Sequence record: MH221129.1
Reading direction: 5' to 3' (one strand)
Length of the DNA stretch: 64,000 bases
Notes under the pieces: model-generated
What the model was told of the DNA's origin: nothing
Databases searched by the model: none
The model's input: only the letters and a program-made list of their open reading frames with translations
Program-made: the position numbers and the translations under genes
In this document: one piece after another, positions 47,811-56,169 of the stretch
How the letters are laid out: each line of letters begins with the position of its first letter
How positions within the stretch are numbered: the stretch's first letter is position 1

Positions 47811-49013
47811 ATGGCCGAAATCATTTATCAGTACCCGCTTGACCTTACCGGGACATTAACGTCGAACGCCGTTACGCGGCGCATTACGTTAGGTTCTGGT
47901 AAAGTTAACCGGGCATTTGCTTTTCCCGACGGGGCTTTCTACGCGGACACCTTTCGCTTAGCGGCTTCGAACAAACCAGGAGTCTATCCGTGGAAGCGCG
48001 GCACAGACTACGAACTGGTCTTTGCACATACCGCCTATCAGAAAATGACCAAGAACCGCGAAGTGGTCATGGGTGTGGTGGTAACGAACTCGGCCATTCC
48101 TACCGACATTGAATGCTTTGCACAAGTCGTCGGGGGTATGCAGTCAGCAAACGTCGAGGGGATTCGTCAGGTCATCGCATCGCTGAAAATTGAAGACCGC
48201 GTCGTCGACTTCAAAGACCTGCGCAACGTGCCTGATACCTTCCCGTCAGCACCAACGTATAAAGACCTTGGTGACATCTACGGTTTTGAATACATCATTA
48301 CCGTGTTGGCGGGCATTAAGGATGCCATCAACTCCGGCTCTGCAGTACAGCTGGAACAGATTAAAGGTATCCTGGACGGACTGAAGAACGACTTCATGTC
48401 TGCTCTGACTGCGCACATTAACGCCGAAGGTAACGTCCACCATTTGGACATCCACCAGGCGAATGGTTTAACCGAAACCGAAATTCGTGCCCTTATTCAA
48501 AGCGTGCAGACTGCTATCGATGCTACGATTAAAGACATCGGTGATTTAAAAGCAGCAGATACCGCGTTAGGGCAACGTATTGATGCGATTGTTGCATCTT
48601 TGGCCGCGTGGAATGACCAGCTGAACGCTGTAGCTCAGAACTACCAGAAAGCGATGTTGGCGTTAGCCAACCTCAATGACCTGGTGTTACAGCTGCAGAA
48701 AGCCGTCAATGATCTCCGTAACGAGTTGAATGAAACCAACCAACGTGTGGACGATCTCGAGAGCCAGGGCAAAGACTTCCAACAGCAAATTGATAACCTG
48801 CAGACTCAGATTAACAATCTGAAAACCCAGGTCACCAATAACACCAACGCGATTTCTCAGGCGAACCAAAACCTGGCAAACCACGTTGCTGCGGATAACC
48901 CGCATCCGAACTACCTGCACAAACAGTATGGTGGTGTGGTACAAGCAGCTGTCCACATCAACAACAACCTCACGACACGTGATGATGTTCAGGCGGAAGC
49001 CGGTACTAAGTAA
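47811..49013 (+). CDS. Fibre-family protein with a long coiled-coil
   Basis: Start ATG 47811 after SD AAGGAG (400 aa); YPLDLTG N-terminus like fibre 2, heptad region, HVAADNPH. Confidence 0.8.
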   Translation: MAEIIYQYPLDLTGTLTSNAVTRRITLGSGKVNRAFAFPDGAFYADTFRLAASNKPGVYPWKRGTDYELVFAHTAYQKMTKNREVVMGVVVTNSAIPTDIECFAQVVGGMQSANVEGIRQVIASLKIEDRVVDFKDLRNVPDTFPSAPTYKDLGDIYGFEYIITVLAGIKDAINSGSAVQLEQIKGILDGLKNDFMSALTAHINAEGNVHHLDIHQANGLTETEIRALIQSVQTAIDATIKDIGDLKAADTALGQRIDAIVASLAAWNDQLNAVAQNYQKAMLALANLNDLVLQLQKAVNDLRNELNETNQRVDDLESQGKDFQQQIDNLQTQINNLKTQVTNNTNAISQANQNLANHVAADNPHPNYLHKQYGGVVQAAVHINNNLTTRDDVQAEAGTK

Positions 49014-49020
49014 TTTATTT

Positions 49021-49069
49021 ACGAGCGGGGTCATGTTTATGGAACATGACCCTCTCGTTCTTACTTTTT
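49021..49069 (+). terminator. Long hairpin/terminator between the fibre gene and the Cys-repeat peptide genes
   Basis: ACGAGCGGGGTCATGTT-TATGG-AACATGACCCTCTCGT followed by TCTTACTTTTT. Confidence 0.6.
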
Positions 49070-49080
49070 AAGGAAGCGTA

Positions 49081-49473
49081 ATGGCGATATCGATTAAAAA
49101 CGTCCGTGACCGCTTGACCAACGTGGAAAACAATATGGCAACACAACCGCGTGTTGACCCACAAGTCGCGACGAAGGCGTATAACGCCGCAGACCGATTT
49201 GCAGGGTGGACGCCAGCGCAGCTGGATTGCGGGGGTACGTGCTCTTGGACGTGTTCCAACGGATGCTCACACGGGTGTTCGAGTTGTTCTGGTAGTTGCT
49301 CGGCCTCATGTATTGGTAGCTGTTCCTCTACATGCGGTGGTAACTGTTCCGGTTGTTCTGGTTGTTCCGGTGGCTGTAGTTCTAGCTGTACAGGTAACTG
49401 CTCAGGTGGGTGCGGTGGTTCTTGTTCATCGAACTGTTCAGGGGCTTGTTCGGGTGGCTGCTCTGGCCGATAG
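49081..49473 (+). CDS. CXXX-repeat Cys/Ser/Gly-rich peptide 1 (putative radical SAM substrate), 130 aa, 21 Cys
   Basis: 49 aa Cys-free leader, then CGGT-CSWT-CSNG-CSHG-CSS-CSGS...CSGR; SD AAGGA. Confidence 0.9.
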   Translation: MAISIKNVRDRLTNVENNMATQPRVDPQVATKAYNAADRFAGWTPAQLDCGGTCSWTCSNGCSHGCSSCSGSCSASCIGSCSSTCGGNCSGCSGCSGGCSSSCTGNCSGGCGGSCSSNCSGACSGGCSGR

Positions 49474-49481
49474 GGGGAATA

Positions 49482-49883
49482 ATGGCAATCGGATTAAAAG
49501 CACTTAAATCTCGACTCGATGTAGTCGATGCTAATGCTTTAAAGAATACCACGAACGTGCAGAACTACATTCGTAACAAGGCAACGAATAACACTGATTT
49601 ATTCGGCGGGCAACCGCGTGCGCATTACGACTGTGGCGGCACCTGTTCGTTTAGCTGCTCAAGCTGCTCCGGTGGATGTACCGGTTCTGCTTCGGGTGGC
49701 TGTGGCTCTACTTGTTCTGCAAACTGTGTCTCTGGTTGCTCCAGTAGTTGTACAGGTTGTAGTTCATCATGTTCGGGCGGTTGCTCCGGCAGCTGTACAG
49801 GTAACTGTTCAGGCGGCTGTGGTAAATCGTGCTCGGCAAACTGTTCTGGTTCTTGCTCTGGCGGATGTTCTGGCCCGATGTAA
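49482..49883 (+). CDS. CXXX-repeat Cys/Ser/Gly-rich peptide 2, 133 aa, 20 Cys
   Basis: Start moved to ATG 49482 after SD GGGGGA; leader MAIGLKALKSRL..., core CGGT-CSFS-CSS-...-CSGPM. Confidence 0.9.
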   Translation: MAIGLKALKSRLDVVDANALKNTTNVQNYIRNKATNNTDLFGGQPRAHYDCGGTCSFSCSSCSGGCTGSASGGCGSTCSANCVSGCSSSCTGCSSSCSGGCSGSCTGNCSGGCGKSCSANCSGSCSGGCSGPM

Positions 49884-49895
49884 TGGAGGTTACCC

Positions 49896-50102
49896 GTGAT
49901 AAGTCTCAAGAACGTTCGAGACCGCCTCGTCACTGCAGAGGGTTATCTCACCACCGCTCAAGCAAACAGCTACATCGCTAACCAGGGAACTGTGTCCACC
50001 ACGAATAACCTGGCGTCTTTACCCTTGTCCCACTATAACTGTAATGGTGGGTGTAGCTGGTCATGTAGCGGAAGCTGCAGCCGTGGCGCAGGAAATCGAT
50101 AA
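49896..50102 (+). CDS. Short CXXX-repeat peptide 3, 68 aa, 4 Cys
   Basis: GTG start after SD GGAGGT; leader MISLKNVRDRL as in peptide 1; core HYN-CNGG-CSWS-CSGS-CSRG. Confidence 0.85.
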   Translation: MISLKNVRDRLVTAEGYLTTAQANSYIANQGTVSTTNNLASLPLSHYNCNGGCSWSCSGSCSRGAGNR

Positions 50103-50129
50103 TGGCGCTTTAAAAGTTTGGAGTATTAA

Positions 50130-51017
50130 ATGAAGAACGATTTGCATCTTGCGTATAAAACCACGTTTAACCACCCACTGCATTTGTCATCACCCGACTC
50201 GGTTCGTGCACATCTTGCCGATCAGGTACGCTTGATTGCACAGATTCCTGGCGAGTGGCCAAAGGTACGTGGACGTTTTCTTACCAATCCGGAAAACTAT
50301 ACCGTTGAAAATACGTTTAAGATCCGTGATATGGAAGCCCAAAGCATTGTTATCTTCAACGGCGATGGTAACTCTCGTGGGGTGTTGGTTGGCGGGAAGT
50401 ATTTCTTCAGTGAAGGGATTTTGAATAACAGTGTGGACTTAGAATTAATGTTCACACCGTTTGATGAACTGGAAGCGAAACCGATGGCACGCCGTTGGTG
50501 GAGTCCGGATTATCTCGGTTCTTTCCCGTACTACTTTGTGCTGGTTCCAGTAGAAACTGAAACCTACTTTGATACCGAGCCGTATATCGATATCGAAGGC
50601 TACAAAGAGTTAGGCATCACCTGTCTCGCGGATATGATGGCGTATAGCTATAAGTTCGTCTGGGACAAACGTCGTTCGGTCTGGTACGCACTGACTGATG
50701 AGTTTGAAATCACTAAACGTATCCGCAAACCGTGGATGCAGCATTTAGTGCAGACCCGTCACGGTGATTATCCAGCAACCGAAGCCGACTTAAGTAAGCT
50801 GGTCAGTTTCTTACTGACGAAAGTTGACCTTACCGACGAAGAAGCGGAAGCGGTCTCTGAGTTCCGTTCCCGTGCTGTAACGTTGGCCGACTTAAAACGT
50901 CTGAACGAACGCCAGTACGACCTGAACAAAATCCTGGCCGCCTATCACTCGCCAATGCTGCTTGTGCCGGGGGCTAATGTAAACGAAGATCCTTTATTCG
51001 CTATTGACTATATTTAA
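50130..51017 (+). CDS. Hypothetical protein in the Cys-repeat/rSAM cluster
   Basis: 295 aa, SD GGAG; no recognisable family. Confidence 0.8.
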   Translation: MKNDLHLAYKTTFNHPLHLSSPDSVRAHLADQVRLIAQIPGEWPKVRGRFLTNPENYTVENTFKIRDMEAQSIVIFNGDGNSRGVLVGGKYFFSEGILNNSVDLELMFTPFDELEAKPMARRWWSPDYLGSFPYYFVLVPVETETYFDTEPYIDIEGYKELGITCLADMMAYSYKFVWDKRRSVWYALTDEFEITKRIRKPWMQHLVQTRHGDYPATEADLSKLVSFLLTKVDLTDEEAEAVSEFRSRAVTLADLKRLNERQYDLNKILAAYHSPMLLVPGANVNEDPLFAIDYI

Positions 51018-51038
51018 AAAATACTGGAGCAACCTGCA

Positions 51039-51956
51039 ATGACAGACAAAGTAGAATCCAGGATCTCGTCTGAACTGTATGACAAACCGTCAATCCTGTC
51101 GGTTGTCACAACGTCTAAGTGTAACTTAGACTGTAGCTTCTGTGGAGGAGCCTATTACATGGATCGCGAGGACACTTCTCGTGAATTTCAACGCAGCCAG
51201 ATTATGGAACAGCTTGAGCTGAACCCTGGCATTCAGGAGATTCACTGGACGGGCGGTGAGCCGTTACTGGCACAGCGTAAAATTGAAGATTTCTTCTTCG
51301 AGCTTAAAGAATCACACCCGCACCTCAAACATCAGATGTACACCAACGGTTTAAAGATGCGTAAGTCGCATCTGCCGATGCTGAAACAGTTCGACGTCAT
51401 TTTCGTGTCTATCGACGGCTACACCAAGTCGGAACGTCCGTTTATGAACTTCATTAACGGCGGTAACCACGAAGCGTTGGAAACGCTGTATGAGCTGGAC
51501 AACTATTACAGTTGGGGTGTCATGACCCGCGACCAGCTTGGTGACAAGCGTTGGTACGAAGACTTCATCGAGTTGCACCGTGCGCTGTATCACTACCGTC
51601 CAGGTGGTGTGTCGTTGCTGTTCGATGCGATGATGCCTAAACCGCTCTCGCCAGACCACGTCATGAACTTCATGTACGGATACTGGAAGATTCTGGATAA
51701 TATCGAACGTCTGAATATGCAGAATGACACGGAATGTGGCTTGGCTATCAGCAAAATGTTTGATACCGAGTGTAACATCTGTAGCGAAGTGCTGTGGTTA
51801 AATGCCGATGGTGCCATCGAGCAAAACCAAAACGCTCCAGAGATTGTGAGTGTGGGCTGTAACCGACTGGCACGTTCCATCGGGGTTGAAGCTTACAATT
51901 ACATCAACCGTGTTATTTCTGCTAAACGTATTCGGGCGGCTAAAAATGAGCAATGA
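51039..51956 (+). CDS. Radical SAM enzyme 1 (short C-terminal Cys cluster, Twitch-like)
   Basis: CNLDCSFC (CX3CX2C), TGGEPLL, YTNG, VSIDG; extra Cys in ECG, CNIC and GCNR. Confidence 0.92.
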   Translation: MTDKVESRISSELYDKPSILSVVTTSKCNLDCSFCGGAYYMDREDTSREFQRSQIMEQLELNPGIQEIHWTGGEPLLAQRKIEDFFFELKESHPHLKHQMYTNGLKMRKSHLPMLKQFDVIFVSIDGYTKSERPFMNFINGGNHEALETLYELDNYYSWGVMTRDQLGDKRWYEDFIELHRALYHYRPGGVSLLFDAMMPKPLSPDHVMNFMYGYWKILDNIERLNMQNDTECGLAISKMFDTECNICSEVLWLNADGAIEQNQNAPEIVSVGCNRLARSIGVEAYNYINRVISAKRIRAAKNEQ

Positions 51957-53274
51957 CCAACCCATCCAGTATACCCCTCGCACTTATCAGGTCGTAACTA
52001 ACCTGTCGTGCAACCTCGACTGCGAATATTGCTACGAGCGTAAATACCCGCGTAACAACAAAGCTGCTGACGTCATCGACTTTATCCACGCCTGTTTTGA
52101 GCGTGATAAAGATATCGAAAACGTAGAAGTCATCATCGATATCATCGGTGGTGAGCCGTTCATGCAGCCGAAGTTGCTGATTGCTGCTTTTGAAACCGCA
52201 GAAGAGTTGTGCAAAATTCACAGCCGTCCGTACATGTTCAGTATTTCCACGAACGGTACGCTGCTCGATCGCCCACTGAACCGTGAGATTATCGACCGCT
52301 GGAAAGACAAGCTGTCTATCGGTGTGTCTATCGATGGTCTGCCGGAAGTACACGACAAATACCGTATCTTTACAACTACCCGTGAAGGGTCGTATGAAGC
52401 TGCGGTGAAAGGGTACAACTACCTGAAAGAAGTCGGTATCGCAGAACTGGGCGTTAAAGCAACCTTCACCATCGACACATTGCCGCATTACGGCGCGAGC
52501 ATGAAGTCGCTGATTGACATGGCGGGCGGTGGTACTATCTCCGGTAACGTAACGTACGAAGACATTCTGCCTCGTTCGATGGCGTTGGATATCGCTGCGC
52601 AGATGATGGACGTGATGGACTACTGGGTGGAAAAAGGTTTACACACCAACCCGCGTAACATCATCACCCACATCATTCCCGATGGCCTGGACTTCATGCA
52701 AATCTGGGACCCTGACTGGCGTGATAAACTGCTGCACGACGACACGGTACGTCTGAACCCAGACCGCCTGCGTCCTTACTGCGGTACGCTGACGCACATG
52801 ACTTGCTTAGGTTTCGACCGTAAGATTTATGGTTGTAACCGATTCATGTCGACAGTTACTACACGTTCTGCTGTTGCGGAGCTGGTTGGCCGTGAGTTCG
52901 TTAGCCTGGATGGCGGTGCGCTGCTGGAAGAAATTCAGACTCAGTACACCAACTACCCGGAAACCTGCCTGGGTTGCCCAATGAAACACAGCTGCGGTAG
53001 CTGCGCCGCTGCGTCTTACGAGAACGGCGAAGGGACACTGGAAGACCGTAAAGCATACCACGCTGAGCGTCGCCAGTGTGGTTGGACCACCGCTAAGCTG
53101 ATGGCTGCGGAATACTGGTTCCAGAAAATGGGCAGCACCAAAGGTTCTGACTTCCATGACAAGTCAGTCTGCTATTGTGCACGTTGTGTGCGCCAACGCA
53201 AAGAAGCGAATATAAAACAACTATCCGGAGTTCAGAATGAAGTCGATACTGATTCACAATTTTACGAAGCGTAA
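51946..53274 (+). CDS. Radical SAM/SPASM peptide maturase (CXXX-repeat target type)
   Basis: Start moved to ATG 51946. CNLDCEYC, IGGEPF, ISTNG, VSIDG; SPASM Cys pattern YCGTLTHMTC..IYGC..CLGCPMKHSCGSC..QC; extra CYCARC. Confidence 0.92.
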   Translation: MSNDQPIQYTPRTYQVVTNLSCNLDCEYCYERKYPRNNKAADVIDFIHACFERDKDIENVEVIIDIIGGEPFMQPKLLIAAFETAEELCKIHSRPYMFSISTNGTLLDRPLNREIIDRWKDKLSIGVSIDGLPEVHDKYRIFTTTREGSYEAAVKGYNYLKEVGIAELGVKATFTIDTLPHYGASMKSLIDMAGGGTISGNVTYEDILPRSMALDIAAQMMDVMDYWVEKGLHTNPRNIITHIIPDGLDFMQIWDPDWRDKLLHDDTVRLNPDRLRPYCGTLTHMTCLGFDRKIYGCNRFMSTVTTRSAVAELVGREFVSLDGGALLEEIQTQYTNYPETCLGCPMKHSCGSCAAASYENGEGTLEDRKAYHAERRQCGWTTAKLMAAEYWFQKMGSTKGSDFHDKSVCYCARCVRQRKEANIKQLSGVQNEVDTDSQFYEA

Positions 53275-53803
53275 ACTACATCTGGTAGATCGTTTCTTGC
53301 GTAAGAAGAAACTCTACAACGTTCACGCTATCGTGTCCGGTGAAGACTTCACGGACGAGATTCAGGGCTTGCTGGTGAAGTACGGCCTGAATGTTATTAT
53401 CCCTGTTACGTGTGTTGAACAGGGCCACGAATCGGTAGCGGAAATCGAGAAGCGTAACCCAGGTTTCGAAGCGCGTGTGTTGGCGTACCCTCGCCACAAA
53501 ATCGAACTGCTTCGTCACTCGGGTTTGGAGCCTAGCCCGGAGAGTATTATTGCTCTCGGCCTGTCTTTCCCGCGCTTGCGCATTCGCAACCTGCGTAACA
53601 CTACGCCGGTAGATGCCTACTACACTGAGCGTCAGATGTTTGAAGAATTCCTTTTCCCGCAGCTGGAAGAGGAAGAACAACATCAGATTTCGGTGCTGTG
53701 GGGCGGCGACCTCGATCAGAGCTTCTCATTGCTGGACTTCGGTTTGCTATTTGAACTTGACCTGATTGAGGAGGACGAATGTCTGCTTCTGACAAAAGCC
53801 TGA
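53237..53803 (+). CDS. Hypothetical protein in the rSAM cluster
   Basis: 188 aa, SD GGAG, overlaps the rSAM2 3' end. Confidence 0.75.
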   Translation: MKSILIHNFTKRKLHLVDRFLRKKKLYNVHAIVSGEDFTDEIQGLLVKYGLNVIIPVTCVEQGHESVAEIEKRNPGFEARVLAYPRHKIELLRHSGLEPSPESIIALGLSFPRLRIRNLRNTTPVDAYYTERQMFEEFLFPQLEEEEQHQISVLWGGDLDQSFSLLDFGLLFELDLIEEDECLLLTKA

Positions 53804-54450
53804 CGAAAGATGAAATTCGCGCTCGTTATTTTGAGCGCGATTTACCTATCGACCGGCACGGTAACTACATGGAGCGTATCGGGGCACAAGACCAGGGTCG
53901 TACCGGGTTCTGTGCGCTGTTGCATTACCATTTGATCGAAGGTATGTCCGACAAAGACGCACTGGCCAAGATGAAACTGTACGAAATGTCAGCCATCGAA
54001 GCCAACTTCACACTGAAACGTGCAAAAGAGTTCATTTCCGATGTTCTGGAAATCGACCTGGACGACATTCGTAAGAACATGAAGTCCACCGCACGTTACA
54101 TCTACGAAGATGTGCAGAAGATGCTGCAGGAGTTAGACCACCGCTACGAAGACCAACGTCACGGATTCATCGAGTTCGAAGGGTGTCATTTCCAGGCGGA
54201 TGAAAACTCCCGTTCTATCCTCGGGCAATACATCCAGGCGAACCATGCTCCGGAATACTGGCTTGACACCACCAATACACGCATTGAGCCGTTTAGCGTG
54301 GAACAGTGTCAGGCGCTGTTAGCTGCCATTGTACAGCGTGACCAGGAACTCCACGCGACGATGTCAGACGCGAAGAAACAGATTCGTGTACTGGCAGAAG
54401 CGCGGGACTTCACCGGCCTGAAAGCGTTGCAAGAACAGCTTGGCATGTAA
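53779..54450 (+). CDS. Protein with a C-terminal DUF4376-like (tail-fibre assembly-associated) domain
   Basis: FEGCHFQADENSRSILG..YWLDTTNTRIEPFSVEQCQALLAAI..AKKQIR pattern; SD GAGGAGG. Confidence 0.65.
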   Translation: MSASDKSLTKDEIRARYFERDLPIDRHGNYMERIGAQDQGRTGFCALLHYHLIEGMSDKDALAKMKLYEMSAIEANFTLKRAKEFISDVLEIDLDDIRKNMKSTARYIYEDVQKMLQELDHRYEDQRHGFIEFEGCHFQADENSRSILGQYIQANHAPEYWLDTTNTRIEPFSVEQCQALLAAIVQRDQELHATMSDAKKQIRVLAEARDFTGLKALQEQLGM

Positions 54451-54452
54451 AT

Positions 54453-54497
54453 AAAAAAGAAAGTCCTCTCTACCCTAGGGTAGAGAGGTGCTTTTAT
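54453..54497. terminator. Bidirectional intrinsic terminator ending the fibre/rSAM unit
   Basis: CCTCTCTACCC/GGGTAGAGAGG stem with A-run and T-run flanks. Confidence 0.85.
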
Positions 54498-55007
54498 TTA
54501 ATTGAACCCATCGAGGTCGCCGTACTTGGTCTGCAGATTATCCTTACCATCGTAAACACGGTACACCATTGCGCCCGTCCACTTTAGATGCTCAGAATCA
54601 ATCTTAACTTTGAATTCCGTCCAATCTTTCCCATCGTTCCCCGAACCCATCACCGTCAAAGTGATTTCGTCCAGGGTAAGTTTATGATCAGGTAAGAACT
54701 GATTAAAGTTGTACAAAACAAATTTGGGATCTGACCAGTAAGCTACCACATCGCCCATCGCTACGGTATAAACGTCTTCACCGTTCGGATGGGTGAAATC
54801 AAATCTTCGATAGTGGTATTCTTTACTTCCTGCGAATGGACTGGCCGACTTTGCCGTCAACGTGAGCGCGGTATTACGCACATCGCCTTCCGTAGACGAA
54901 GCGTGTTTTGCCGGGCTACTGAAATCTACATCAGCCAACGTCAGACCCAACCCTGGGTTCTTGGCATTCACTAAATCAATGATTTCTTCTTGCAAAGTCT
55001 TAGCCAT
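54498..55007 (-). CDS. Virion paralog family A member (C-terminal GDLDGF motif)
   Basis: NPGL..L..DV, RNTALTLTAKSASPFAGSKEYHYRR, ends KYGDLDGFN; start ATG 55007. Confidence 0.8.
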   Translation of the reverse strand: MAKTLQEEIIDLVNAKNPGLGLTLADVDFSSPAKHASSTEGDVRNTALTLTAKSASPFAGSKEYHYRRFDFTHPNGEDVYTVAMGDVVAYWSDPKFVLYNFNQFLPDHKLTLDEITLTVMGSGNDGKDWTEFKVKIDSEHLKWTGAMVYRVYDGKDNLQTKYGDLDGFN

Positions 55008-55024
55008 CTGCAATCTCCAGGGGG

Positions 55025-55540
55025 TTAGTTAAAACCGTCCAATTCGCCATCAAGGCGACCGAGGTCTCTGACTTTTGGTGTTATCGTGTAGGTGAACCCC
55101 AGATGTCCGTTATCTGGCGGTAAGAACTTAATGCTGTTGGCGATGGAAACCATTACCACCAGGCGTCCATCTTCTGTCTCACTCCGACCGATGGTGAGTT
55201 CTTGCGCAGTAAATGCGTCGTCCGGCCAGGTTTGCTGTAGCCGCGCATTCATTTGGTCGAGCACGTAAGCGTCGTCATCCCAACGTTCCGGATTGCTTGA
55301 GTTCCAGGCGTCGTCGGTAATTCCCGATGGAACACGGTTATAGTAGATAGTCATCGACCCAGCGAAATAGAGCGATTCTTCTTTCGCTGTGAGATACGAC
55401 ATCGTATTCCATTTGTTGGGATCTGGACTACCCATCATCGGGTTGTCGTAAATCTCGATATCATCTAAAGTTGCCGGATGGGGTAAATTGGGATTGGCTG
55501 CATTATACAGCGCGAGGAGTTGCTCTTTTGAAGATGCCAT
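55025..55540 (-). CDS. Virion paralog family A member
   Basis: NAANPNLPHP, NTMSYLTAKEESLYFAG..YYNR, ends DGELDGFN. Confidence 0.8.
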   Translation of the reverse strand: MASSKEQLLALYNAANPNLPHPATLDDIEIYDNPMMGSPDPNKWNTMSYLTAKEESLYFAGSMTIYYNRVPSGITDDAWNSSNPERWDDDAYVLDQMNARLQQTWPDDAFTAQELTIGRSETEDGRLVVMVSIANSIKFLPPDNGHLGFTYTITPKVRDLGRLDGELDGFN

Positions 55541-55629
55541 GATGGGCTCCTTGTGTTGCGAAAAGAAAGTCCATGTGGTTCGCCATCTAAGCGTGGTGAT
55601 ACCCGTGCAGGTGAATTATTTTAGAGTAA

Positions 55630-56169
55630 TTAGTTAGGGACACCAAAGCCGTCTAACTCGCCGTTCGTCGTGGAAAGATCAGTTTTCACAACAGCTTCAT
55701 AGATCGAGTAGACGATAACCGCATCTTCAAATTTCATGTGGTTACGAATAGTGATGGTGATATCCAACGTTTGTGCGTTCTCACCTTCAGCACGACTAAT
55801 GGAGAAACTTCCGTTCTCACCGCTGTCGTCTGGCCCCAGTTCATCAATAGGGTACTGACGTTGTAAGTCGGCGTTCAGCTGGGTGAGAACTGCACTGTCT
55901 TCAGCCCAATCGCTGTGATTACCGTCGATGGTTTCACCTGTGAAACCAACAGGTAAACGACGATACACGAGCGAGATATCGCCAGTGAAATACTGACTTT
56001 CTGCTTTGGCTGAGATGTTCAGAATAAAATTAGCAAGACTCTCACCTTCGGGAGTCTTGCTACTGCGTGAACCCGCAGAGAAGTCATTAACCGTTAATGG
56101 GTGTGGTAGGGTAGGGTTAGCCGCGTTGTACAAATCACACAGTTGCTGTTTGGTCGAAATCGTTGCCAT
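55630..56169 (-). CDS. Virion paralog family A member
   Basis: NAANPTLPHP, SAKAESQYFTG..YRR, ends VKTDLSTTNGELDGFGVPN. Confidence 0.8.
   Translation of the reverse strand: MATISTKQQLCDLYNAANPTLPHPLTVNDFSAGSRSSKTPEGESLANFILNISAKAESQYFTGDISLVYRRLPVGFTGETIDGNHSDWAEDSAVLTQLNADLQRQYPIDELGPDDSGENGSFSISRAEGENAQTLDITITIRNHMKFEDAVIVYSIYEAVVKTDLSTTNGELDGFGVPN

Noticed and set aside
49230-49880. Repetitive DNA (TGTTCNGGN-like units) as a CRISPR array or satellite
   Set aside because: The units vary at third codon positions and have no constant repeat plus unique spacer; the periodicity comes from the encoded CXXX repeat.
49081-49883. Peptides as ordinary metallothioneins
   Set aside because: Not fully excluded, but the strict small-residue CXXX spacing, conserved Cys-free leader and adjacent SPASM rSAM fit a modification substrate better.
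49625-49933. Minus-strand ORF with PEQ/PPEQ repeats
   Set aside because: It is the antisense shadow of the Cys/Ser/Gly repeat codons; no SD and fully overlapped by a well-supported plus-strand gene.
51039-53274. rSAM pair as queuosine/7-deazaguanine, molybdenum-cofactor or ribonucleotide reductase activase genes
   Set aside because: No que/fol/nrdD/moa partner genes nearby. The SPASM domain and adjacent CXXX peptides point to peptide maturation.
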